From positions 434,001 to 498,000 of the forward strand of contig CATNEN010000009.1 in NCBI GenBank assembly GCA_950097015.1: a DNA stretch of 64,000 nucleotides, in the 5' to 3' direction. A program made the position numbers and the translations under genes. Below, piece by piece: positions 52,062 to 62,789 of this stretch. Positions within the stretch are counted from its first letter, which is position 1. The number at the start of each line of letters is the position of its first letter. A model generated the notes under the pieces. That model was not told the origin of the DNA, made no database searches, and saw only the letters and a program-made list of their open reading frames with translations. The DNA comes from Macrostomum hystrix. Its lineage: Eukaryota > Animalia > Platyhelminthes.

Positions 52062-52814
52062 TCAATTGAAGGGAGAAAGGCATTCGCAGAGAGCCCGCCT
52101 GGGTACAGAGTCCGCGGTGTCAACGAGCAGAGTGAAAGCCGAAATCTTCGCAACGACGTTCTCGTTTGGTGTGTCGGCGTTGTTCGGTTCGCCAGAGTTC
52201 CACAGACCGGAGCCCACCGAGATGTTGCAGCTGGCCCAGAACCAGCCGGCAGCAGGCTCATTGCTGCCCGGAAGCTGCATTCCACCTAAGTAAAAGGGCT
52301 GGGTTACAGTTTTGAAGATCGTGGCTATGTGGCTCATTTCCGTGCTGTCCATCACATCGGCCATAATCGACAGTCCGCCGTCCGACTCGCAGTTCTGCTT
52401 CTGCACGTTCCATACTTTGTTGCTCATCAGCATCTTGTACTTCACTCCGCACAGATCGTCACCGAAGCCAGACGGACACAGCGCTCCTGGATCGAGTCCC
52501 GGCTGACGCTTCACGAACAGGCGGCCTCTCCTTGAGCAGCTGCAGTTCCTCACCGACTTGCTGCACTTGTCGAACACGAACAGCTGACACGGACCGTCAG
52601 CAGTGGTGAAGGCCTGGCAGCGCTGTTTAAAGCTGCACAGCATGGCGCAGGTGCTAAAGTAGGGTGAGTTCAGTGTCTCAATAAATTGGCTGCTGATGCA
52701 AAGACTGCCGTTCTGCACGCTGTGATACTGCTCATACCAGGCCGCGTCTAGTGATGGCTGAGCTGTAGCAATGAGCACACTGAGAGCCAGGACGATCCTT
52801 TGATTTGCATGCAT
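52062..52814 (-). CDS. Secreted PAN/Apple + C-type lectin protein, paralog 2 (250 aa)
   Basis: Signal peptide, CAMLCSFKQRCQAF, CTLD FYLGG...WFW...WNSGEPNN...LCEC; intact single ORF. Confidence 0.88.
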   Translation of the reverse strand: MHANQRIVLALSVLIATAQPSLDAAWYEQYHSVQNGSLCISSQFIETLNSPYFSTCAMLCSFKQRCQAFTTADGPCQLFVFDKCSKSVRNCSCSRRGRLFVKRQPGLDPGALCPSGFGDDLCGVKYKMLMSNKVWNVQKQNCESDGGLSIMADVMDSTEMSHIATIFKTVTQPFYLGGMQLPGSNEPAAGWFWASCNISVGSGLWNSGEPNNADTPNENVVAKISAFTLLVDTADSVPRRALCECLSPFN

Positions 52815-53064
52815 TCTATGTTAAAGTTTGCTTTGTCGTCTGTATGATTTGATGCCCTTCTCGATTTTCTCCCCAGCCTACTTAAGCTCTGCATCTGTCC
52901 CCGGCACAACGCAACTAAAACAGTCTAACCTAGCAGGATTTTTATTGGATACTTTGAGTTTGGCTGTATTCATCACCCTAATACAACGATTAGAATGCAA
53001 GGCGAAAGGTAGCGATTTCAATGGGAAGGCACCCAGCAGGATGGTCGGTTCGACACCCTTTAGA

Positions 53065-55660
53065 AACAACAACAACAAAATACGCTGTCAGGTGGACGTC
53101 ACAGTGCACGCTTCAGAACCTGGGCGCGAACAAAGGCCGCACCGCCGGCAGTGGCCGGGGCGCCAGCATCGGCGAGCAGGCAGTCGACGAAACGCCGAGT
53201 TTGGGCCTGGCCGCGCCGGCAGGGTGCCTGCAGGGTTAGCAGCAGCACCTCCTGCACCGGCTGCGGGCAGTAGGACTCGGCGCGGATGATATGGCCTGCC
53301 AGCTGGAGTCGCCGAAGTTGCAGACGTTCACTTGGACGGGCCAGGCCGGCGCGGCGATAGAGTGCCGCGTTAGTGATCCGCTCGTCGCTGATCTTAAAGG
53401 CGGCGCGTAGCAGGCCAGCGTGCGCCGCATTGACTTGCTGCTCGAGCGAATCCGTCAGCGTCCAGGTCTCGGCGTTGTACAACAGGACGGTCTTGACCAC
53501 CGCCTGGAACAACACCGCCCTCTGGCGATCAGGTAGGGCCTCGGACTGCAGGACCGCCCTCACAGAACGAAAGGCAGCCCAAGCGTACCGGCGGCGACGC
53601 CGCAGATCTTCGCGGACGTCTGGTACCAGACCACCGAGGTAGATGAACTGCAGACAGCGTGGAAGCTCCGTTACCTGCCCGTCAGCGCCTCGGCAGAAAA
53701 TTGCGGCCCCGATGTCGCCCGGCACGCAGAGCACAACGGTCTTCTTCGTGTTGACCAACAGGCCGACACTCGCTGCAGTGCTAACCAGCTTGTCCAGCTG
53801 GCGCTGAGCGCCCTCTACGGTAGACGACAGCAGGGCGAGGTCATCGGCGTAGCCAAGCACGCTGAGCGTTTCTCCGGTTGACGTCGACCCACGCGTCGCC
53901 GCAGTAGGAAGCCGTCTTCGGTAGGAAGAGCAGTTCGTAGCACCCAGTCAAGCACCAAGACGAACAGGAATGTCGCTAGAGTGTCCCCATGGAGCACCCC
54001 GGAGGATGTCTCGAAGGAGTCCGAAAGGCCGTCCGGCGTCATCACAGCTGCTCTCGTGGCACAGTACAACGCCATGATGGCGGAGATCAGCTGCTCTCGT
54101 AGCACAGTACAACGCCATGATGGCGGAGATTAGCTGTTCTGGCACATGGTACGCGTGGAGCACATGTGGGAGCGCAACCGAGTCGAATGCCTTCATGAAG
54201 TCAATGAAGACAACAATCAGGTCCAACTGGCGCGTGCGCGCCTCCTCGATGGTTCGGCGAAGAGCTAGGATCTGCGTCACTGTGCCACGGTGGGGCCGAA
54301 ACCCGTTCTGCTCAGGTCGCAGGTAGGGATCCAGCACGGGTTGCAACCGCGATAGCAGCATCCGGTTGAACAACTTCGCAACACAGGATTGCAGGCAGAT
54401 GCCTCGGTGCTCGTCTAGCCGTGTAGTGCCCGGCTTCTTTGGAATGGCGATGATGTGCGCCATGGTCCACTCGGTGGGTGCCACCTCACCGGAGAGCACG
54501 CGGTTCATCACACGGGCGACCTCACTGGCCACACAGTGGATGCGCAGCGCCTCGATGGGCACCTCGTCGGGACCCAGCGCCTTGCCGCCCGTCGTCTTCT
54601 GGGCGAGCATCACGACTTCAGCCATGGTGACTGGTGCAACATTAAAACTGTCCTCTGACGGCAACGGCGTCTCTGGCGGCAGCGTCAGGATGTTGGGCAG
54701 CGGGGGTGGCGGCGCGTTGACTATGGCGGCGAAGAACTCGCGTAGCTCGTTCCTGCGCTCATCTGCAGGGTCGCCTTCCAAATTCAGTTGGATGCGCCGC
54801 TTCCGCCCTGTCTGAGCATCAATGGCGGACCAGGCCACGCGACCTCTGGCGTCGGGCCCAGCAGCAGAGACGGCCTGGACAGCTTTATCAACTGCGGCCT
54901 GCTGCCGCTGCAGATAGACAGTCGCCAGAGCCTCCTCCGCCTCGCGAGTAGGTCGCCTGCTCAGGCGGAGCTTTTCCAGATCTTCCCTCGCTTTCTGAAT
55001 CGCGGGGTCGTCCTGCCAGACCGGCTGCCCACGCTGGGCCGGTCGCATCAACGGGACCGCTTGTTCCGCGGCGGCTCGTACTGCGGCGCTCACATCCACG
55101 TACTCGGTGTGGCGCCGTCGGTCTATCGCGGCCAGGCGCATTGATAGCCTGAGCGTGGGCGGGCGCGGGGCCGCCAATGTCCTTTAACTCTTCGCTAACT
55201 TATTAATGTACATGCCTATATAATATAATTATCTTGTTCGCTCCAAACTAACAAACGTAAGAGTCTCTCTAAACGACACGACACTCGGCACCTCCACGCT
55301 TGCCGCCGAGCGCAGTGATGAAGGCGATAGCAAATTGGCAGTGCGTTCCGGCGTCTTTGAGAGCACGGTAGTAGCGTCGCGGTGGCCGCCTTGGCGGACG
55401 GTAGAGCGGATCGCGTAGCTCGAGGTCGCAGATGAGAAGCCGATGATCGGACCGCAGAGCCAGCGGCGTGATGGTGCGGCAGTTGACAGCGCGGCGGCGC
55501 TCACGGAAGCGCAGAAGCACGTGGTCGATGAGTGCTAGCCTCCGTGAAGCGAAGCGCGCGTTACGCCGCCTACGTCTGCAGCCCACGAAATTCGCGAGCC
55601 TGCTTGGTGGCTTGCGGAAGCGGCGTGGGTGCTGGCCGACACCATATCCTGCCTCTCCAG
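53065..55660 (-). mobile_element. 5'-truncated non-LTR retrotransposon (RTE-clade-like: APE C-terminus + RT), degenerate
   Basis: DHVLL...SDHRLL (APE); GKALGPDEVP, IIAIPKK, RGICL, EQNGFRP, FIDFMKAFDSV, GVLHGDTL, YADD, YLG, LLYNAETW (RT); 3' (TTG)n tail at ~53065-53080; frameshifts from a 43-bp duplication and near 53860. Confidence 0.92.
55108..55283. mobile_element. 176-bp solo-LTR-like insertion (TGT...ACA) with 5-bp TSD ctcgg, nested in the RTE ORF
   Basis: ctcgg at 55103-55107 and 55284-55288; imperfect terminal inverted repeat; removal restores GGT GCC GAG TAC GTG (GAEYV) in frame. Confidence 0.75.
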
Positions 55661-56427
55661 GCAAATTGAAAACACAAAAGTGAAAATTTAATTTCACATG
55701 GTTAAAATAGTTTTAGAATAAATAGCTTCAGTGTTCCGAGCTCATGAAACATGTGACACGGCGATAAAAAACGATTCTTAATTCAAACTTGTTCGTTTAT
55801 GCTCTTAGAATAATGAGAATAATGAAATAGTCTCCTCATTAAAAGCTCGAAGTCAGGTTTTTATTTTAGCAGCCTAATCTGAAACAACATTAAATATGAT
55901 AAATTTGACTCCCAATTCCAAAGCTTGAAGAGTGTCCTTTTAGCGGGCATGCATTTTTGGACCAGTCACGTTTGCTGCTGAGACTTAATGCCCATGCCTC
56001 ATGTGACTTACTTCCGAAACCCCTATTTCTTTAGCATTTCTGCCTGGACCGTGGGGAATGTCTGGATATTGTGCTAATAAACGCATCGCACACGCCACAA
56101 TGGTCCTACATCGAATTTCCAATCTACGAGAGTTAGCATTCCGTTGTTATCAAGCGAGAAATATTTGTCTGCCACTCTCGTATTGACGCAATAAAAAGGC
56201 AGCTCATGAATTATTAGCGGCTCTGGAGACTGGGATCGGCCGATGGGCTGATCGGAGCTGCCACCGGCTGCTGTCATATCAATGGCGCCATGAGTCAAAG
56301 TGACCTTGGCTGCACCCGACCGGGCAAAACAATGCGAAGAGGAGCAGGTGGCAGAGTAGGGGAGAGGCTGGTCTGCTCTGGCTCTGCTAGACTGTGCTAG
56401 GGGAAAAATTAGATTGGGCTGAGTTAA

Positions 56428-57178
56428 GCAGTGCTCATGAGTTATAGCAGTGCTCATGAGTTATAGCAGTGCTCATGAGTTATAGCAGTGCTCATGAGTT
56501 ATGGCAGTGCTCATGAGTTATGGCAGTGCTCATGAGTTATAGCAGTGCTCATGAGTTATAGCAGTGCTCATGAGTTATAGCAGTGCTCATGAGTTATAGC
56601 AGTGCTCATGAGTTATAACAGTGCTCATGAGTTATAGCAGTGCTCATGAGTTATAGCAGTGCTCATGAGTTATAGCAGTGCTCATGAGTTATAGCAGTGC
56701 TCATGAGTTATGGCAGTGCTCATGAGTTATGGCAGTGCTCATGAGTTATAGCAGTGCTCATGAGTTATAGCAGTGCTCATGAGTTATAGCAGTGCTCATG
56801 AGTTATAGCAGTGCTCATGAGTTATAGCAGTGCTCATGAGTTATGGCAGTGCTCATGAGTTATAGCAGTGCTCATGAGTTATAGCAGTGCTCATGAGTTA
56901 TGGCAGTGCTCATGAGTTATAGCAGTGCTCATGAGTTATAGCAGTGCTCATGAGTTATAGCAGTGCTCATGAGTTATGGCAGTGCTCATGAGTTATGGCA
57001 GTGCTCATGAGTTATAGCAGTGCTCATGAGTTATAGCAGTGCTCATGAGTTATAGCAGTGCTCATGAGTTATAGCAGTGCTCATGAGTTATAGCAGTGCT
57101 CATGAGTTATAGCAGTGCTCATGAGTTATAGCAGTGCTCATGAGTTATAGCAGTGCTCATGAGTTATAGCAGTGCTCT
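56428..57178. repeat. 19-bp minisatellite (gcagtgctcatgagttata), array 2
   Basis: Same unit and orientation as the array at 51068; about 39 copies. Confidence 0.97.
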
Positions 57179-57974
57179 GTGGCGAACTTCTGATTCAGCA
57201 GACTACGCTCGACTATAAAAAGTATCAATCCAGAAACGTTATTACAACCTGTGTACGTGTTTCTTTGTTATTTGTTATTTGTATAATTTTGAGACGTCCG
57301 CAATAGAAAAAACCAAGCTTATTATTTCATGCCACATCCAGGCTTGGTTCAGGGTCCGAATTGTAATCACAGTGGGTCATGAAATATCAACACTTGCATG
57401 AGATGAGATGCGAGGAGTTCCTTCCCCACGGCATCCCCAAAATATAGAAGGCAATAAGTAGTCTCACTTGCAGGTAATTTGACAGTCGCGGCCCAGACGG
57501 ACAACGACGGGAGAATATTAGCCGCTCATACGGTACTCGACGATGCACGATAAACCAGGGCAATTAGACGTTTATATTCACACTGGGAGAAAAAAATCGA
57601 ATGAGGAGATTTCACCGCTAAGGGACTCTTCCCTGCTCTGATGTGGTTCGGCCAGGCTAGTGCAGCTGCTAGCGATTTTTGGTTGGGCTGGGGACGGACT
57701 GGGGAGGACGAGACTGAGTCAAAATAGCCAGTCGAGGCGTGACCTATGAAAACAACATGCAGAAAGGGGCGGGGAGGTTAAGACCAGTGGCCTTCCAGCC
57801 CATCGCCACACGCAGTGGGAAAGAGGGGGAAGGGGGTGGGGCGTGCCTCGCTGGCCCATCCCCAACCCAAGCGGGGAGGTGCGAGGTGCTAAATTGCTCC
57901 CATTGTACTCAACTCAGGTGATGCCATCATCTCTTTAAATGGATCGATTCTCGATGGGGCAGCGGCTATGGCTT

Positions 57975-58030
57975 GGGGTGGTCGAGACCGTCCTGCTGCA
58001 CAACGCCGAGGCGTAGGCGCTACGCTAGAG
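57975..58030 (+). mobile_element. Small decayed RTE RT fragment
   Basis: GTG GTC GAG ACC GTC CTG CTG CAC AAC GCC GAG (VVETVLLHNAEA*) resembles VVKTVLLYNAETW of the element at 53.5 kb. Confidence 0.35.
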
Positions 58031-58514
58031 CGGCAGCTGGACTCGGCGCAATCGGGGCCTTCCAGGCTGACGAGAACGTTGGGAACAAGCCCTTTTACGT
58101 AAGGGCTCAGCTGCAACGCCCATCCTGCGCCTGCTACTACTGCTACTACAGCTGGCTACTGCCCACTGCCTGTTCAGGACATGCTGCTAATCACCTTGCA
58201 GGATCAAAGGGGACAGGCTCGCACCTGGAGATCAATAAGGCTCATATGGCTCCAAGCAGAAACGGCCTCACAATACTCTTTTCTGCGCTAAAGCAAGCTG
58301 GAAAAACTCCCGTAAAAACTAGACGCTGCAGAGTTGGGACTAAGAAGACATTGCTTGTGAGTGATGCAAAGAGCTCTTTCAAGGATCGATAATCTGCAAA
58401 CAATTGCAGCTGCAATCACTGAATAGTCAGGTGAAGTGGAATGTCCTACAAAGTGGAAAGTTGTCATCTAAGCCAGGGGTCGGCAAACTCCGGCCCGTTG
58501 CCCCTTCTGACATC

Positions 58515-59270
58515 TACAGTGTCCTGTTTCATCTCTCTCGTGTCTCATCTCTTCCGTGTCTCATCTCTTCCGTGTCTAATCTCTCCTGTGTCTCATCTCT
58601 CCAGTGTCTCATCTCTCCCGTGTCTCATCTCTTCCGTGTCTCATCTCTCCCGTTTCTAATCTCTCCTGTGTCTCATCTCTCCCCTGTCTCATCTCTCCCC
58701 TGTCTCATCTCTCCCCTGTCTCATCTCTCCTGTGTCTCATCTCTCCCGTTTCTAATCTCTCCTGTGTCTCATCTCTCCCGTTTCTAATCTCTCCTGTGTC
58801 TCATCTCTCCCCTGTCTCATCTCTCCCCTGTCTCATCTCTCCCCTGTCTCATCTCTCCTGTGTCTCATCTCTCCCGTTTCTAATCTCTCCTGTGTCTCAT
58901 CTCTCCCGTTTCTAATCTCTCCTGTGTCTCATCTCTCCATTGTCTCATCTCTCCCGTGTCTCATCTCTTCCGTGTCTCATCTCTCCCGTTTCTAATCTCT
59001 CCTGTGTCTCATCTCTCCCGTGTCTCATCTCTTCCGTGTCTCATCTCTCCCGTTTCTAATCTCTCCTGTGTCTCATCTCTCCAGTGTCTCATCTCTCCCG
59101 TGTCTCATCTCTTCCGTGTCTCATCTCTCCCCTGTCTCATCTCTCCTGTGTCTAATCTCTCTCGTGTATCATCCTTCTGTGTCTCATCTCTCCCGTGTCT
59201 AATCTCTCCCGTGTCTCATCTCTCCTGTGTCTAATCTCTCCCGTGTCTCATCTCTCCCCTATCTCATATT
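58515..59270. repeat. 16-17-bp pyrimidine-rich minisatellite (tgtctcatctctcc..)
   Basis: Seen directly. Confidence 0.95.
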
Positions 59271-60637
59271 TATACAGTCAATGCGGTCCGCTGTCGTCTT
59301 TTAGGTTCTCTCTTTGGACCGCCAGCAAATAAGTTTGCCTACCCCTGATCTAAGCGATAGGATGGCCGGCCTGAATAGAAAGCGTGCCAGAATGTTTTCT
59401 TTATTCTGCTATATAAAAGTACATCGGTATGAAAGCCTATGTAAACAGGCGGAGCCCTGCACGAATGATGGAATCTTCTCCACTGAAGTGCAGCTACACA
59501 AGTATTCCGCTTAGGAGACTGTCAGTCTCACTTGAATGACTGCCAGACAAGATCGTACCAGTCAACCACCACATGCGAGATCTCAACTCAACTCACATGT
59601 TGTGCCTTGAATTTCCAGAGAATTAAAGAAATGGGACCCAGACAAAAGTGAAAATTTAATTTCACATGGTTAAAATAGTTTTAGGATAATTAGCTTCAGT
59701 GTTCCACCGGCTCTGCAGTTTTGTTTTCGAATTTCCATAAGTCAATTTCCTACTCAACCGCTGCTACCTTAGATAAAGTACATGCGGATGAGCAAACTGC
59801 CCAGCATTTTAACCACAGGCAGAAGCTTTCGGTTTCGAAAGAAAAACATTAGCAAGGAACTTTAGTTGACATATTCAATGCAATAAAATGCAGCTTGGCT
59901 CTCAACAAGGCCTTTAACGGTGTAAAACTGTTGTTTGAACATGCCTAAAAAGTTTATAAGTTTTGAAGCATACAATCTACGCTTCGCGTAGTATAATAAA
60001 AATAAGAGTTATAATAATATAAAAATAATAAGAATTAGACTAATAATTGTTAGTACAATTATTATTATTATTGCAGGAGGTCTGTGGGCAACGGTACATT
60101 ACATTTAGTGACATTAGACCAATTTAGCTGACTCCTGAGCACACATGCACACAGATACCGTACACAGCAGTGTACAGCTGACCTGACTTTCTCATCGTCA
60201 GGCAGAGGCAGTGTACACTTTCACTGTGCCTTGGAGGTTGGCCCTCAAGGGCCCACCAGCCCCTAAGCGTTTTCTCCGCTGATGCGCCCAAATAAATGCG
60301 GCCTCGCCGCTCAGGGACCTTGGTGCGAGAGGCGAACGCGTTAACCGCTCTGCCACTCACCCTCCTTCGCGGAGTAGGGCTGCCGTAGATCGGCGACAGA
60401 CAGGTATGATTCAAAACCCGTAGTCAAGACATGTGCTTAGTCAAGACATGTGCCAGTCGTATTATACTTGTACTCATTTTTAGTTTCGTTCTTTTTTCTC
60501 TCACTACTATGAGTATTCGAGTTGTTGTTAGAGTCTTTGTGAGACCGAATTCTCGTAGCTTTTTATGCTTTGCTCACTTTTCAGAAACGGAACTGATAGC
60601 AAAATCTGTTCCTGTACGGATCCCTCTATCTGACAAT

Positions 60638-61340
60638 GTGTGTCAGGATGAGGTTGTTTGTGTCAGGATGAGGCTGTTTGTGTCAGGATGAGGTTGTTTG
60701 TGTCAGGATGAGGTTGTTTGTGTCAGGATGAGGTTGTTTGTATCAGGATGAAGTTGTTTGTGTCAGGAAGAGAGTGCTTGTGTCAGGATGAAGTTGTTTG
60801 TGTCAGGAGGAGACTGTTTGTGTCAGGTTGAGGCTGCAGGAGGAGGCTGTTTGTGTCAGGAGGAGGCTGTTTGTGTCAGGATGAAGTTGTTTGTGTCAGG
60901 AAGAGGCTGCTTGTGTCAGGATGAGGCTATTTGTGTCAGGATGAGGCTGCTTGTGTCAGGAGGAGGCTGTTTGTGTCAGGATGAGGCTATTTGTGTCAGG
61001 ATGAGGCTGCTTGTGTCAGGAGGAGGCTGTTTGTGTCAGGATGAGGCTGCTTGTGTCAGGAGGAGGCTGTTTGTGTCAGGTTGAGGCTGATTGTGTCAGG
61101 AGGAGGCTGTTTGTGTCAGGTTGAGGCTGCTTGTGTCAGGATGAGGCTGCTTGTGTCAGGAGGAGGTTGTTTGTGTCAGGATGAGGCTGTTTGTGTCAGG
61201 AGGAGGCTGTTTGTGTCAGGATGAGGCTGTTTGTGTCAGGTTGAGGCTGCTTGTGTCAGGTTGAGGCTGCTTGTGTCAGGAGGAGGCTGTTTGTGTCAGG
61301 TTGAGGCTGCTTGTGTCAGGAGGAGGCTGTTTGTGTCATG
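60638..61340. repeat. 20-bp minisatellite (tttgtgtcaggatgaggctg)
   Basis: About 35 copies with variants. Confidence 0.95.
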
Positions 61341-61922
61341 AGGTGAGTTGTGCCAGTCATGCAAGGCTCCAGCGGGCACAAAATGAAGCATTTACTAGAG
61401 ATCGGAAAGCACTTTTTCTGATCTCATCCAGCAGTGAAATACAAGTATGAGTATATTTCTATTGCTTTGAGCGAACTAAAAGAGTTCATGACTTCCCATA
61501 AAGACTCTCCGACTTCCTACTATAGTCTTTCCTAGTCTTTCCAGATCTTTCTTAGTCTTTTCAGAAAGAAGACTAGTGAAAAAGCTCAGAGCCTGATGGT
61601 TGGGGCCATTGTTACAGGATTGCTCAATCGCGTGATGAGGGCGCACCTGGAATGCTGCATTTTATTGTCTGTTAACAATCAGGCAAACATTAGAATCATG
61701 CGCAAAACTCAAGCTCTCCTGTTCTCAGGGTGCGAATATTTGCAGGTGCCTCTGTGGCTTTTAGCTTTTAGCTTTTAGCAGTAGCTGTGAGGAAAAACGA
61801 GCATGCCAATAGTTTCTCAGAAGGCTTTAAATTCCCAGCCGGAGAATCGGCTGGGAATAGGACTCACCATCCTGTGCATCGCGTGAACATTTTATAATTC
61901 TTGCGTTGTACTAAATATTTAA

Positions 61923-62654
61923 ATGAAATCTTTGTCACTTCTGGCACTAGCCATTCTGCTGCCGCTGAAAGCGCAGGGAACAGACAACACGCAGTTCTAC
62001 CAAGTCGATGGCAGTCTGTGCATCAGCAGCAGCTTCACCCAGGTGTTTGGTGTGACTGTCATTCGCTGCGCAGCTCTCTGCAGCCAGAACCCGCGCTGCC
62101 AGGCCTTCACCACTGCTGACGGTCCGTGTCAGCTGTTCGTGTTCGACAGGTGCAGCAAGTCGGTGAGGAACTGCAGCTGCTCAAGGAGAGGCCGCCTGTT
62201 CATGAAGCGTCAGCCGGGACTCGATCCAGGAGCGCTGTGTCCGTCTGGCTTCGGTGACGATCTGTGCGGAGTGAAGTACAAGATGCTGATGAGCTACAAA
62301 GTATGGAACGTGCAGCGGCAGAACTGCGAGTCGGAAGGCGGACTGTCGATTATGGCCGATGTGATGGACAGTGCTGAGCTGAGCCATGTCAACCAGCTGT
62401 TCACCAAGTATGGATCTCAGGGCTTCTTTGTCGGTGGTCAGCAGCTTTCGGGCAGCGTCGAGCCAGAAGGTGGTTGGCTGTGGGCGAGCTGCAACATCAC
62501 GGTGGACAGCAGCGTGTGGGCCAGCGGAGAGCCGAACAACGGCGCGGGCTCAGAAGATGTCATCATGCGTGTGGTTTCTCTTTCCCAGCTTGCGGATGTT
62601 GTTCGCGGCCTCACCAGACGGGCTTTGTGCGAGTGCGTGTCTCCGTTCGACTAG
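61923..62654 (+). CDS. Secreted PAN/Apple + C-type lectin protein, paralog 3 (243 aa)
   Basis: Signal peptide MKSLSLLALAILLPLKA, CAALCSQNPRCQAF, CTLD FFVGG...WLW...WASGEPNN...LCEC; intact. Confidence 0.88.
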   Translation: MKSLSLLALAILLPLKAQGTDNTQFYQVDGSLCISSSFTQVFGVTVIRCAALCSQNPRCQAFTTADGPCQLFVFDRCSKSVRNCSCSRRGRLFMKRQPGLDPGALCPSGFGDDLCGVKYKMLMSYKVWNVQRQNCESEGGLSIMADVMDSAELSHVNQLFTKYGSQGFFVGGQQLSGSVEPEGGWLWASCNITVDSSVWASGEPNNGAGSEDVIMRVVSLSQLADVVRGLTRRALCECVSPFD

Positions 62655-62789
62655 AAGATTTGAATGAATATTCAGAAAATACAAAGACTGTGCACCTGCA
62701 AAACCTGGCTTGGTTTCATTTTTTGTTTTCAATATGAAATATAACATTGCAGGTAGCTTTGCCATGATTGAAGGCTGTATACTCGTAGT

